Shown here: positions 10,394 through 20,516 of the stretch, one piece after another
How positions within the stretch are numbered: position 1 is the stretch's first letter
Layout of the letters: the number at the start of each line of letters is the position of its first letter
Source of the DNA: an uncultured Chloroflexia bacterium
Lineage (GTDB): Bacteria; Chloroflexota; Dehalococcoidia; GIF9; UBA5629
NCBI GenBank assembly: GCA_963754385.1
Contig: CAVWGE010000004.1
Location: 118,780 to 182,779 of the forward strand
Direction: 5' to 3'
DNA: 64,000 nucleotides
Notes under the pieces: model-generated
What the model was told of the DNA's origin: nothing
Database searches by the model: none
What the model saw: the letters and a program-made list of their open reading frames with translations, nothing else
Made by a program: the position numbers and the translations under genes

Positions 10394-11635
10394 CTAGTCT
10401 ATTCCCGGGGTGGGGAAATGGCTGCACATGGAACGCACTTGTTCGGCTATTCCCTTTTGTATTTTTTTGTCTTCAGGGTTGGAGAGCACCTTCATAATGA
10501 AAGAGGCAATCTGCCTCATTTCCTTGGGGCCAAAGCCTCTTGTTGTAATGGCTGGTGTACCCAGCCTGATACCGCTGGTGATTTGAGGTGGTCTGGGGTC
10601 GTCGGGGATTGCGTTCCTATTTACCAGGATGCCAGAGGCTTCTAGGGCTTCCTGAGCGGCTATACCTGTTATTCCGGTCGGGGTAAGGTCGATGAGGATG
10701 AGGTGGTTGTCAGTGCCACCAGAGATAAGTCGTAAGCCATGTTGCTTTAGCTCAACGGCGAGGACTTGAGCATTCTCCAGTACTCCCTTTTGGTAGGTGG
10801 CGAACTCAGGTTGCATGGCTTCAAAGAAGGCTATAGCTTTGGCAGCGATGGCGTGAATCATCGGTCCACCTTGCATCATGGGGAAAACGGCGGCATCTAT
10901 TTTTGTAGCCAGGGCTTCTTTGCATAGGATAAAGCCGCTGCGGGGACCACGCAAGGTCTTATGGGTTGAAGAGGTGATTATTTGTGCATGAGGTACTGGA
11001 GAAGGATGTAAATTGGTAGCTACTAATCCGGCAATGTGAGCCATATCTGCCACAAGCTGCGCGCCAGCGGCATCGGCTATGCTGCGGAAACGGCTGAAGT
11101 CAATAATTCGGGGATAGGCACTGGCTCCAGCTATTATCAACTTGGGTTTGTGTTTCAGGGCTAGTTTTTCTATCTCGTCGTAATCGAGCCTTTCAGTTTG
11201 TCGGTCAATTCCGTAGGTGACGAACTTGTACCATTTCCCTGAGAAGTTGGCTGGGGCACCGTGAGTCAGGTGACCGCCATGGCTTAAGCTCATACCCATA
11301 ACGGTATCGCCGGGCTTGAGCAGGGCGAAGTAGGCTCCCATATTGGCCTGGCTGCCGCTATGGGGTTGGACGTTGGCATGCTCGGCATGGAACAGTTTTT
11401 TGGCGCGTTCGATTGCCAGGCTTTCGATGGCATCTACATTAGGACAACCGGCATAATAGCGGTGTTGGGGGTAGCCTTCGGCGTACTTATTGGTTAATAT
11501 GGAGCCTTGAGCCTCAAGCACTGCTCGGCTGGCGTAATTTTCGGCAGCGATAAGATTTATAGTTTCCTTTTGCCGCTTAGCTTCTAGCTTAAGAAATCGG
11601 ACAGTTTCTACGTCTTGTTTTGGGTTATTGGACAA
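10394..11635 (-). CDS. glyA: Serine hydroxymethyltransferase
   Basis: 413 aa with [11 protein letters not shown] and the PLP-lysine motif [12 protein letters not shown]. Confidence 0.95.
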   Translation of the reverse strand: MSNNPKQDVETVRFLKLEAKRQKETINLIAAENYASRAVLEAQGSILTNKYAEGYPQHRYYAGCPNVDAIESLAIERAKKLFHAEHANVQPHSGSQANMGAYFALLKPGDTVMGMSLSHGGHLTHGAPANFSGKWYKFVTYGIDRQTERLDYDEIEKLALKHKPKLIIAGASAYPRIIDFSRFRSIADAAGAQLVADMAHIAGLVATNLHPSPVPHAQIITSSTHKTLRGPRSGFILCKEALATKIDAAVFPMMQGGPMIHAIAAKAIAFFEAMQPEFATYQKGVLENAQVLAVELKQHGLRLISGGTDNHLILIDLTPTGITGIAAQEALEASGILVNRNAIPDDPRPPQITSGIRLGTPAITTRGFGPKEMRQIASFIMKVLSNPEDKKIQKGIAEQVRSMCSHFPTPGID

Positions 11636-11752
11636 TATGCATCTCCAGAAGATTTATAGAATGATACCACCACCTTTAAATCAGGTCAACAATTTACGTT
11701 TTTACCGTATTTTGACTAGAAAAATGAATATCGAGGAGGGCTACAGTAACAC

Positions 11753-13288
11753 CTACTCCATAGGGGCGGCTGCTTGAGTGCCCTTCTGAAGGCGTAATGG
11801 AAGGAAAAAAGCCGGTATTACGCCAATTGAAATGATTATCGCCGATATAATATATTCCGTCTGAAAGGCAAAAACCGCGGCTCTTGCACTAGCCAATAGA
11901 TAGAGCAGGTAGACCGCTGTCTGCCTGGCTACCTCCAACGTCTGCCCCGCTTGCATAAGTATGACTTGTACCATTGAAATAAAATGCATGGTCTCGGAAG
12001 AACTGGGAGTAAGTGTCTGAGAGATGACGGCGAGGTTTGTTTTCTGGAAATTGGAAAGCATAGTAGCAAAGATGGCAATGCCGAGCGAAGCGAAAACAGT
12101 CCGGCTAACGTTCATTATCGACGAGGCTTGCGCCGTCATTTTCTGCTCTACTGAGGCTAAGGCATAGGTCATTACAGGCATCATGGCCAGCCCTATTCCC
12201 ATGCTTCTGACGAAAAGCATCAACCTTAGCAGATTATCCGGGGTGGTTACGTCTACAGTACGCATCCAAAAAGTGGCGGCACCCGCTACAATTAGCCCGG
12301 CCACAACCGGTATCTTGGGTCCTATTTTGTCATAAAGGCGTCCAGCCAGCGGCATAGTGACAATCGAGCCGAAAACGGCGGGGAGCATCAGTATGCCAGT
12401 CTCCAATGCTGTCAGGCCCCGAACGTTCTGTAGAAAGAGTGGCAGTAGAAAAACAATAGAAAAGAGGCCTATTGTGGTTACAAAAGTCAATCCTGTAGCC
12501 ATCGAGAAGCCACGGTTTTTGAATATACGAAGGTCAAGCATTGGCTGCGCTGATCGCAGTTCCAGCGTAATCCAAGTTATAAGGCAGATTCCACCCAGTA
12601 CCAACAGCCCCATGATGCGCACATCGTCCCATCCCCAGGTAGGAGCATAAGAAAGAGCATAAAGTACTGAACTGAATCCCATAGCCGCGAGCGCGAATCC
12701 TTTAAAATCGAAGCCTGCCGGCATCGCTGGAGTCTCCTGAAGCCAGGCCAAGCCCAGTAGAATGGCTACAAGCACTACGGGCACGTTCACATAGAAACAC
12801 ATGCGCCACGACCAATCGGTTACCAGATAGCCGCCGAGGGTTGGACCTATGGCGGGCCCAAGCATCATAGGGATACCGAAGATAGCCATAGCTGTGCCGC
12901 GCTGTTCGGATGGCACATTGAGAAAAAGCAGAGTCATGGCTGTCGGAGTGAGAAGACCACCGGCCAGACCCTGTAATATGCGGAATATTATCAGCGAGTC
13001 TGCGTTCCAGGAGAGACCGCATAAAATCGATCCAAATAGGAAACTTGCCTGGCTAAATATGTAGACCCTTTTGGTGCCGAAACGGTTACACAGGAAGGCG
13101 GCTGCCGGCGTAGTAATTGCTGTCGCCATTAAATATGCGGAAATAATAAGCTGGGCATGGTCTGTAGGAACATTGAAGACCGCCATGATATGCGGCAAGG
13201 CAATGTTCATAATTGTCTGGTCGAGTATGACCATGAAGGTGCCGGCTACGGCAACCAGTAAGATTTTCCACTGAGTAGTCTGTGGCAT
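11753..13288 (-). CDS. MFS drug:H+ antiporter (14-TMS EmrB/QacA-like)
   Basis: 511 aa with about 14 hydrophobic segments and MFS motifs; last gene of the tetR-adaptor-hlyD-MFS operon. Confidence 0.85.
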   Translation of the reverse strand: MPQTTQWKILLVAVAGTFMVILDQTIMNIALPHIMAVFNVPTDHAQLIISAYLMATAITTPAAAFLCNRFGTKRVYIFSQASFLFGSILCGLSWNADSLIIFRILQGLAGGLLTPTAMTLLFLNVPSEQRGTAMAIFGIPMMLGPAIGPTLGGYLVTDWSWRMCFYVNVPVVLVAILLGLAWLQETPAMPAGFDFKGFALAAMGFSSVLYALSYAPTWGWDDVRIMGLLVLGGICLITWITLELRSAQPMLDLRIFKNRGFSMATGLTFVTTIGLFSIVFLLPLFLQNVRGLTALETGILMLPAVFGSIVTMPLAGRLYDKIGPKIPVVAGLIVAGAATFWMRTVDVTTPDNLLRLMLFVRSMGIGLAMMPVMTYALASVEQKMTAQASSIMNVSRTVFASLGIAIFATMLSNFQKTNLAVISQTLTPSSSETMHFISMVQVILMQAGQTLEVARQTAVYLLYLLASARAAVFAFQTEYIISAIIISIGVIPAFFLPLRLQKGTQAAAPME

Positions 13289-13307
13289 GGGTGCTTCCTT
13301 ATTCAGG

Positions 13308-14030
13308 CTACTTTATGGCTATCTTTACCTCTACAGAAGTACCGGGGATAAGAATGTAACCTCCAGGGTTCTCGATAGTAATTTTTACGGGCACCACCTG
13401 TGCCACCTTGATGAAGTTCGCCGTGGTGTTATTCTGGGGTATAATTGAGAACGTAGCGGCAGTAGCCGCAGCGATGCCTTCCACGTGCCCCTTCAAAACG
13501 GCACCACCAAGGCTGTCAACGGTAATCTGTACTTCTTGCCCCGGCTTGAGCCGGTAAATATCTCCCTCAGTTACATTAGCTAATACCCACGTCTCAGAGA
13601 TGTCGTACACCGTTACTATCGGTTGACCCGGACTGACTACAGCGCCGGGATAAGTCCAGACTGCAGCTATATAGCCGTTGACCGGGGATTCAATGTTGGT
13701 CCGACCTATTGGAATCTCTTTTAATCCCTGCATGTTAATTGGGTTGTCGGAACGAGGCATTCCAACAATGGCAATCCTCTGACCCTTCTCCACATAGCTT
13801 CCATAATCAACGTCGAGGCTAATTATCTGACACGGTGTTAGTGCGCCAACAGATATTAGTGGTGCCGATATATTTGCGTTGCTGGTACTTATATATTTGT
13901 AGTTTTGGTACCAAAGATTGACGCCAAATGCTATGCCTCCAATCACAAGAGCACAAGCCACGAAGAAAATAATCTTGCCCATCCTTGTTGAGAGCACTGA
14001 GTTCATTCTTTCACCTAATTTATTTGCCAT
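13308..14030 (-). CDS. HlyD/EmrA-family membrane fusion protein
   Basis: 240 aa, N-terminal TM anchor then beta-barrel/lipoyl-like hairpin sequence typical of periplasmic adaptor subunits. Confidence 0.75.
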   Translation of the reverse strand: MANKLGERMNSVLSTRMGKIIFFVACALVIGGIAFGVNLWYQNYKYISTSNANISAPLISVGALTPCQIISLDVDYGSYVEKGQRIAIVGMPRSDNPINMQGLKEIPIGRTNIESPVNGYIAAVWTYPGAVVSPGQPIVTVYDISETWVLANVTEGDIYRLKPGQEVQITVDSLGGAVLKGHVEGIAAATAATFSIIPQNNTTANFIKVAQVVPVKITIENPGGYILIPGTSVEVKIAIK

Positions 14031-14067
14031 AACGTATGCCTCCGAAATAGTTACAATTGTCCAGTTA

Positions 14068-15753
14068 CTAGTCAGCGCTGTTCAGTGACCTGGCGGGCGT
14101 ATTGCCTGTTCCCAGTAATACTTTTTCACCTTCATTCAAGCCAGATAAAATTTCAGACTGAGTTCGGCTCTGTAAACCGACTTCCACCTGCCGCTGCTCT
14201 ATCAGACCTGTTTTGTCGTCTTTAACCACGTAAACCCAACTCTCAGCCCCCTGTAGATGTAAGGCACTGTTGGGTATTAGTAAAACATCTTTATGGCTGT
14301 CGACCAATATCTCAGCCGTAGCGGTAAGCCCGCCTGTGAGATATGTAGCATCCTTGGGGTCGAGTGCAATTTCAACCTTATAGGTAGCGGTGCCTGTCTG
14401 TAACGTCCCATATGGAGAAATGAATTGCACCTTGCCATCGAATACCTTGCCTGGAAAGGTATCAATCAGAATGGTTGCTTTCTGACCTTTTGATATCTTG
14501 ACCACATCTATTTCATCGACTATACCGGTCATCCTGACTGCGCTCTTGTTAGCGAGTTTCAGCACATAGGTATCAATAGGCAAGCCTTCTGGCGAGTATC
14601 TCTGGGTTATCATATCGCCCTCGTGTAGATTTACGTCCACCACCTCTCCATCAAATGGTGCCACTAGTTCAGTCTTGAGTAGCGCTTGCTTGGTACGCTC
14701 AAGGTTTATCAATGCGGTATGGACGTTTATATCGTAATCGCGCTCCGCCTTTAGATTAAGTCCCTGGCGGAAGGTTGAAACGTTCTCTTGAAGTATCTTA
14801 TCTCCAAGTTCAAGGTCGTGCATAGCCAATCGAAGTGTCTCGTTCAACTGTATGGCATCAAAGTCTTTCTCACCTGTCATTTTACTGAGTTCTTCAAGTT
14901 CAGTAAGCGCTTCATTTATTACGGTGAAAGTGGTGCAGGTATCTGGATATGTATAAGCACTAAGTGAACGAGTAGTTTGTTTAAGGACTGTCTGAGTGTC
15001 GGGCATCTCCATTAAGAGAGCTCTCAGCATTTTTGCTGCTTGGTCATAGCTGCCATCCTTAATTTGTTCTTGGATTGTGGACAGGCTATCCATTTCAGCT
15101 GTAAGCCTGTCAATGGCGATATCCACATCATGGCTTGAAATCACCGGCTGGTTCCACCCATTGAGCTCAGTCCTAAGGTTGCGGAATTGAGGGTCGATAT
15201 ATACTTTTTTCGCTGCATCGATATCGTATTTTGCCAGCGCTATTTGAGAAGCTACTTCTTCAAACCTGTCATCAGCTAGCAGAGACAGAGCCTTCTGAAT
15301 TTCCTGCGTAGCGAATTCAAACCGGAGTAAAGCTATTGTATCAGTGTCGGTATAGAAAGACGGCGCGCGTGTAACACCGCAGCAGACTGTCTGAACCACA
15401 TTGTTTATTGCCAGTTCCAGTGCATATTGTGCAGACTCTACCGTCATCTTCTGGGTTGTATCGTCCAATTTGGCAAGCAGAGTGCCGGCTTTAACCACGC
15501 TGCCTTTCTCGACGTATACCTTTTCAATTCTGGCACTATAAGGAGGAGTGAACATGGTTGTATCGAAATAGAGATTGACCGCGTCCGGCATTTCAATATA
15601 GCCATCCGCATCTATATTTACCTCGAGGTCACCTCGTTCCACCGAAGCTATTGTCCTCATTTCAGTGATGGGTTTATTAGAGGCGCAGCCAGTTAGCGCG
15701 ATTGCTACTATCAGCAGGAAAGCTGATACGATGGTAGATGTTCTTTTACTCAT
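14068..15753 (-). CDS. Lipoprotein, efflux periplasmic adaptor-like with long coiled-coil insert
   Basis: 561 aa, lipoprotein signal (LTGCAS). The C-terminal 150 aa resemble HlyD-family beta domains, and the middle is coiled-coil rich. Confidence 0.7.
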   Translation of the reverse strand: MSKRTSTIVSAFLLIVAIALTGCASNKPITEMRTIASVERGDLEVNIDADGYIEMPDAVNLYFDTTMFTPPYSARIEKVYVEKGSVVKAGTLLAKLDDTTQKMTVESAQYALELAINNVVQTVCCGVTRAPSFYTDTDTIALLRFEFATQEIQKALSLLADDRFEEVASQIALAKYDIDAAKKVYIDPQFRNLRTELNGWNQPVISSHDVDIAIDRLTAEMDSLSTIQEQIKDGSYDQAAKMLRALLMEMPDTQTVLKQTTRSLSAYTYPDTCTTFTVINEALTELEELSKMTGEKDFDAIQLNETLRLAMHDLELGDKILQENVSTFRQGLNLKAERDYDINVHTALINLERTKQALLKTELVAPFDGEVVDVNLHEGDMITQRYSPEGLPIDTYVLKLANKSAVRMTGIVDEIDVVKISKGQKATILIDTFPGKVFDGKVQFISPYGTLQTGTATYKVEIALDPKDATYLTGGLTATAEILVDSHKDVLLIPNSALHLQGAESWVYVVKDDKTGLIEQRQVEVGLQSRTQSEILSGLNEGEKVLLGTGNTPARSLNSAD

Positions 15754-15883
15754 ATCTTATGCTCCTGAAACATAATTAAATATTCCTCTTTTATACTTGG
15801 AACAGCGCGTGTTCCACAATTCTATAATATTCCTCTCGGTTTTTCGCCTCGTAGGGCTTGATTTATTTCCTTATATGGTCCCA

Positions 15884-16522
15884 TCACTCTCCTCGAATAC
15901 CTTTTAAAATCAGGTTTTTCACCTCAGCCACTAATTCCTGGTGCGGAATCCTCCGTAGCAGTCCTGCTTCCCCCTCAATTTTGGAGATAATTGATAAGCC
16001 TATTATCATGCCAAGCAAGGCTCGCACAACTATGGGAATATTCAAAGGGCGAAAAGTATTATTGGCTGTCCTCAATTCAAAGTATTTCTCCATTAGCTTG
16101 AAATTTGGTGCGACGACTTGCTCATTGTATTGCCTACGTAATTTTGGGTCACGCTGTATTTCGGTCATTAGAAGCTGTATTATACCAATGTTATCGAGGC
16201 CGATACTCAGGCGTTTATTAATAAGGGAAAAAAGGCAAGCGGTGTCACCCGATTCAAGCGGCTGCTCTAAGAGGCCGATAAAAGACTCGTTACTGATATA
16301 GTCCTTGATGATTGACAGTAGCAGGTCGTGCTTGCTCTGGTAGTAGTTGTAAATAGTGCCTATTGCTACTCCAGCCTCTTGGGCTATATCAGGAATAGTA
16401 GTCTGGTCAAACCCCTTTTTGGAAAAGACCTTCAGCGCAGCGTCAAAGATCTGCTGCTCTCTTTGTTTGGTAATACCCTCTTTCCGCTTCTGCTTGGTCA
16501 TTCGCATTGGTCTCTCCGGCAT
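15884..16522 (-). CDS. TetR/AcrR-family transcriptional regulator
   Basis: N-terminal HTH (TIPDIAQEAGVAIGTIYNYYQSK); first gene of the efflux operon. Confidence 0.85.
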   Translation of the reverse strand: MPERPMRMTKQKRKEGITKQREQQIFDAALKVFSKKGFDQTTIPDIAQEAGVAIGTIYNYYQSKHDLLLSIIKDYISNESFIGLLEQPLESGDTACLFSLINKRLSIGLDNIGIIQLLMTEIQRDPKLRRQYNEQVVAPNFKLMEKYFELRTANNTFRPLNIPIVVRALLGMIIGLSIISKIEGEAGLLRRIPHQELVAEVKNLILKGIRGE

Positions 16523-16642
16523 ACTGATGAATATCTATGCGTTGAATGAACGTTCATTCATTTAATGATACTACGATGTTTGACTTCTGTCAACACCTTG
16601 CTAAAATTGGTGCGCCTGTATATACTTTTGCTAGTTTGTTTA

Positions 16643-17056
16643 ATGGAGGGCGCATTAGTGAATTCTAATATCTTCAAAGTCGGGGCGGGCATAGTTGTGA
16701 TGGCGGTAGTGCTGTTTAGTTCTTGTTTGGTGACGCCGGAGCCGAAGGGGAACAAGCCGCCAGTAATCTCAAGTCTTGAAGCTGAATATGTAGATGTTTA
16801 TCCTAGGGGTGGCTCTGACATCAGATGCATTGCTTCTGACCCTGAAGGCGATGCGGTGCAGTTCAACTGGTCATCCACTGGTGGCACCTTAACTGGCGAA
16901 GGGCCTACTGTTACCTGGGAGTCACCAAATGATTACGGTGACTATCATATTATGGTAATTGTTAAAGATGTGAACGGAGGTAGTGCCGAAGCTACCTTAA
17001 CCATAAGCGTGATTCCCAGACCAAGTTCGGGCTGTTGTGGTCGATCAAGGAAATGA
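16643..17056 (+). CDS. PKD/Ig-like domain lipoprotein
   Basis: Start moved to the internal Met giving a lipoprotein signal (LFSSC). One repeat of type PPVISSL..C.A.DP.GD...W...GG..G..V.W..P...G.Y.I.V.V.D..GG, shared with the 17551 ORF. Confidence 0.6.
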   Translation: MEGALVNSNIFKVGAGIVVMAVVLFSSCLVTPEPKGNKPPVISSLEAEYVDVYPRGGSDIRCIASDPEGDAVQFNWSSTGGTLTGEGPTVTWESPNDYGDYHIMVIVKDVNGGSAEATLTISVIPRPSSGCCGRSRK

Positions 17057-17090
17057 GATAGGTTAAGTGTCGAAAATAGAGTGAGAGATA

Positions 17091-17471
17091 ATGAAAAGAG
17101 TGGCCAGGATTGTAGCTGTTGTTTTTGTGCTGGCCTTACTCGCTAGTTTTGCTGGGTGTGCCAAATCAGGTACACACGATGGCGGTGAGCTGAAGATACT
17201 GAGCCATAGCATGACGGTGCACGAGTTCAGTGGTGGCGTGCCTCAAAGTACAGCCGTGGTCATCGGCAGAGCTCAGAATGTTGGCAATGTCACCATAAAC
17301 TTTGCTACTATAGCAGTTAATTTCTATGATAAAAACAAGAATCTCATAGCTACGGCATCAGCTGTTAAGCAGAATCTGCAGCCAAACGAGGTGTGGGACT
17401 TTAATGTTAAGACTGTTGGCCCCGATGCGTGGAAGAGTATAAGCAATGATATTGCGGCTAGCACGGAATAA
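17091..17471 (+). CDS. Small lipoprotein (DUF4352-like)
   Basis: Lipobox LASFAGC followed by a predicted beta-rich domain of about 100 aa. Confidence 0.55.
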   Translation: MKRVARIVAVVFVLALLASFAGCAKSGTHDGGELKILSHSMTVHEFSGGVPQSTAVVIGRAQNVGNVTINFATIAVNFYDKNKNLIATASAVKQNLQPNEVWDFNVKTVGPDAWKSISNDIAASTE

Positions 17472-17550
17472 TACTATTGATGGTATTAGGGGGGTTGCTC
17501 TTATAACCGACAGTTTTGAGTTGAGATATACTTTTATGTAAGGGGGGTAA

Positions 17551-18702
17551 ATGAAAATGAGCATTTTCAAAAGCGGCTTCGGTATGGTCCTGGTTATGCT
17601 TACTGTTGTGGCCGTGATGGGTGCTGCCTGCGGTCCACAAGAGACGCCACCACCGACGCCTGGCGGTAATCAACCGCCGGTAATCTCCAGCCTGGTGGCA
17701 GAGAATATGCAGCTTTATCCATCGGGCAATACTGAGATTCAGTGCATAGCCCAGGATGCAGATGGCGACCAGATAGATTTTAAGTGGGCATGCACAGGTG
17801 GTGATTTCAGCGGTGCTGGCCCCATCGTTATCTGGAAGGCTCCGCCGGATTACGGGGCTTACACCATCACGGTCACTGTGGAGGACGGCAAGGGTGGTTC
17901 GGCACAGGCTAGTTTACCCATAACGGTTGGCGCCAATCAGTCGCCGGCAATTTCCAGCCTGGTTGCCGATCCTTCTGGGTTATTGTATGGAGGCAGGACG
18001 ACGATTACCTGCATTGCTACTGACCCTGACGGTGATGCGGTCAGTTATAGCTGGTCAGCCAGCGAGGGGAGCATCAGTGGCGTAGGCAACAAGGTTACCT
18101 GGGTAGCGCCGAATAAAGGCGGAAATTTTAACATTACAGTCATACTCAGCGATGGCAAAGGCGGCGAAACCACAGGAAATATAATGGTTACCGTGGCGGC
18201 AGCTGCAATGACAGTAACTATCACGCCGGTTGCTCAGGAGACTGGCACGGTACGTTCAGATGGGGCTACAGACAATTCTAGGACATGGGCTGGTGACGAT
18301 GAGAAGGACAGAGGTTATTGTGCCTTCTGGAGCTTTGATGTTTGGAGCTTGCAGGGGAAGAAAATACAAAACGCCAGTCTTAAGTTCCCTAACCCCAGAA
18401 TAGCTGGGGACCCATTCTCCAGCACTACTGGACTTAAAGGGCTGCGATTCTGGAAGGTCAGGTATGGTGATGAGCTGCCGGCATTTCAGTACACCGGCAG
18501 CAATCTGTGGAACGTCCCCGTTCAGACCGCCCCACCGACCGAATTAGATATAACTCAAGAAATAGTTAATGTTGCTGCTGCGGCTGCTACCCGCTTCCAG
18601 GTAGAAGCTCTATTCCTGAAGGGGTACAACGGCAACCATGTCGCCGAATTTATTGAATGGCCAGAAGGGGTCGTTCTTGAGGTTACCTATTCGGAGAAGT
18701 AA
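17551..18702 (+). CDS. PKD/Ig-like repeat lipoprotein
   Basis: Lipobox (MGAAC), two tandem PKD-like repeats homologous to the 16643 ORF, then a roughly 170-aa C-terminal domain. Confidence 0.65.
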   Translation: MKMSIFKSGFGMVLVMLTVVAVMGAACGPQETPPPTPGGNQPPVISSLVAENMQLYPSGNTEIQCIAQDADGDQIDFKWACTGGDFSGAGPIVIWKAPPDYGAYTITVTVEDGKGGSAQASLPITVGANQSPAISSLVADPSGLLYGGRTTITCIATDPDGDAVSYSWSASEGSISGVGNKVTWVAPNKGGNFNITVILSDGKGGETTGNIMVTVAAAAMTVTITPVAQETGTVRSDGATDNSRTWAGDDEKDRGYCAFWSFDVWSLQGKKIQNASLKFPNPRIAGDPFSSTTGLKGLRFWKVRYGDELPAFQYTGSNLWNVPVQTAPPTELDITQEIVNVAAAAATRFQVEALFLKGYNGNHVAEFIEWPEGVVLEVTYSEK

Positions 18703-18725
18703 CGGTAGATTCCTGTGACGGCTTG

Positions 18726-18754
18726 AAAAAGGCGGCCTTAAGGCCGCCTTTTTC
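18726..18754. terminator. Rho-independent terminator (aaggcggcc-ttaa-ggccgcctt + T tract)
   Basis: Perfect 9-bp GC-rich stem with a 4-nt loop followed by TTTTTC, 24 nt after the stop of the PKD lipoprotein gene. Confidence 0.6.
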
Positions 18755-18769
18755 ATTTCCTTTTCGGTT

Positions 18770-18798
18770 TTGACATATTTCTGGTATAGTGGTAAATT
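18770..18798 (+). promoter_or_regulatory. Sigma70-like promoter of hrcA-grpE-dnaK operon (TTGACA-17-TAAATT)
   Basis: Consensus -35 TTGACA at 18770-18775, 17-nt spacer, -10 TAAATT at 18793-18798, immediately upstream of CIRCE. Confidence 0.45.
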
Positions 18799-18805
18799 AT
18801 AGTAG

Positions 18806-18832
18806 TTAGCAGTCTTAGCGGGGGAGTGCTAA
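18806..18832 (+). promoter_or_regulatory. CIRCE operator (HrcA binding site) TTAGCAgTC-N9-GAGTGCTAA
   Basis: Matches the CIRCE consensus TTAGCACTC-N9-GAGTGCTAA with one mismatch; abuts the hrcA start codon. Confidence 0.7.
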
Positions 18833-18834
18833 AA

Positions 18835-19866
18835 ATGTTGAAGGGTTTGACTTCGAGAAGAGAAACTGTTCTGAGCATAATAGTCAGTGAGTATATTGCT
18901 ACGGCATTGCCTGTAGCTTCGGAGACTATTTTCCGCAATTATCGGCTAGGTGTGAGCCCGGCGACTATTCGTAACGACATGGCTTATCTTGAGGAAGAGG
19001 GCTATATCGCCCGACCTCATACCTCAGCCGGCAGCGTGCCTTTGGACAAAGGTTATCGACGTTATGTGAAGTCACTGGCTGATGAAGCGGAGCTTCCCTT
19101 GGAGGAACAATACCGGATTCGGGAACTTTTCCGCGATGTTGAAGAGGAATTTGAGCAATGGCTTAAGCTGGCGGCAACTATCGCAGCACGCTTGGTTAGA
19201 AATGCAGCTCTAGTCACTTTTCCTAAGCCAAGACAGTGCCGATTTAAGCGCTTAGAGCTGGTAGCCTTACAAGAGTTCGTGGCTCTCATGGTTTTAGTAC
19301 TTAGTGAGGCTATACTTAAGCGGCAGCCTTTGTCTTTCGAGGAACCGATGACGCAGGAAAGTCTAACGTTTATGGCTAACAAATTTAATGCTGCTTACTC
19401 AGGGTTAACAAGCTCCGAGATTTTGGCTAAGAAGCTAAAGCTTACCTCGGAAGAGGAGCAAGTAACTGAAGCTGTGATTGATATAATGGCTGCTGAGGAT
19501 GAGCTGGAATACGAGCAGCCTCATCTTGAAGGATTGCGTTTGATGCTTGGACAACCTGAGTTTGCTCAAAAGGACAAGATGTTGGGCATTATGGAGCTGA
19601 TGGAGACGAAGGAGTGGCTTAGCTCCGCTCTAGCCCAACGGTCGAGCCAGGTCGGGGTGCAAGTTGTGATTGGTGAAGAGAATCGAGATGAAACATTACA
19701 TGATTTGAGCCTGGTTTTCAGCAGCTATGGTATTCCTGGTCAGGTTGGTGGTACTATTGGGGTAATCGGCCCAACACGGATGGATTACCGTAGAGCTATT
19801 TCTATAGTGGACTATATGTCCGAGGTATTGAGTGGTCTAGTGGCTGGAGTTTGCCAGAGTGATTAG
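18835..19866 (+). CDS. hrcA: Heat-inducible transcription repressor HrcA
   Basis: HrcA family sequence throughout. ATG at 18835 preferred over the in-frame GTG at 18826 used by the ORF track. Confidence 0.9.
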   Translation: MLKGLTSRRETVLSIIVSEYIATALPVASETIFRNYRLGVSPATIRNDMAYLEEEGYIARPHTSAGSVPLDKGYRRYVKSLADEAELPLEEQYRIRELFRDVEEEFEQWLKLAATIAARLVRNAALVTFPKPRQCRFKRLELVALQEFVALMVLVLSEAILKRQPLSFEEPMTQESLTFMANKFNAAYSGLTSSEILAKKLKLTSEEEQVTEAVIDIMAAEDELEYEQPHLEGLRLMLGQPEFAQKDKMLGIMELMETKEWLSSALAQRSSQVGVQVVIGEENRDETLHDLSLVFSSYGIPGQVGGTIGVIGPTRMDYRRAISIVDYMSEVLSGLVAGVCQSD

Positions 19867-19883
19867 ATATGCTCTAAGGAGGC

Positions 19884-20444
19884 TTGATATTGGCTGAAGA
19901 AGACAAAGTGGTATCTGAGAGTGAAGCGTCAGGGCTAGTTGAGGATGATACAGAGTCTTTAAAAGAAGCCCTTGCTCAAGAGAAGGAGAAGGCTGAACGA
20001 TATCTAGCCAACTGGCAGAGGGCTGAGGCTGATTTTAGAAACTATAAAGCACGTGAAGAGCGAGGTAAAAAGGATTTGATAGACTGGGCCAACTCCGCGC
20101 TGGTTTGCGACATATTGCCGGTACTTGACGCTTTTGACCGTGCTTTTGGAGGAGTTGCTCCGACGGGAAAAGAACTCGGTTGGATTACCGGCTTTAGACA
20201 GATTCAGAAGATGTTATTGGATGTTTTGAGTAAACACGGGCTTGCCGAAATGAAGTGTGTCGGCGAGACATTCGACCCGAGCCTTCATGAAGCAGTAGTC
20301 CAACAGGATGGTGTGGAGGGTGTGATACTAGATGAGGTTCGAAAGGGATATAAACTGAAGGACAAGTTACTCCGGGCGCCACAGGTGGCGGTGGGGAAGG
20401 GTGACGAATCATCAGCTGCGGAAGCGGCTAAACAGGGCGGGTAA
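19884..20444 (+). CDS. grpE: Nucleotide exchange factor GrpE
   Basis: GrpE family (coiled-coil N-terminus, C-terminal beta domain). TTG start; an alternative TTG at 19890 has better spacing to the AAGGAGG RBS. Confidence 0.9.
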   Translation: MILAEEDKVVSESEASGLVEDDTESLKEALAQEKEKAERYLANWQRAEADFRNYKAREERGKKDLIDWANSALVCDILPVLDAFDRAFGGVAPTGKELGWITGFRQIQKMLLDVLSKHGLAEMKCVGETFDPSLHEAVVQQDGVEGVILDEVRKGYKLKDKLLRAPQVAVGKGDESSAAEAAKQGG

Positions 20445-20516
20445 GATTTAACCAAGTAAACAGAGTAGAAAAGTGAAAATACTGATTAAAGCAGCCAGTG
20501 TTAGAAGGAGGACAGT

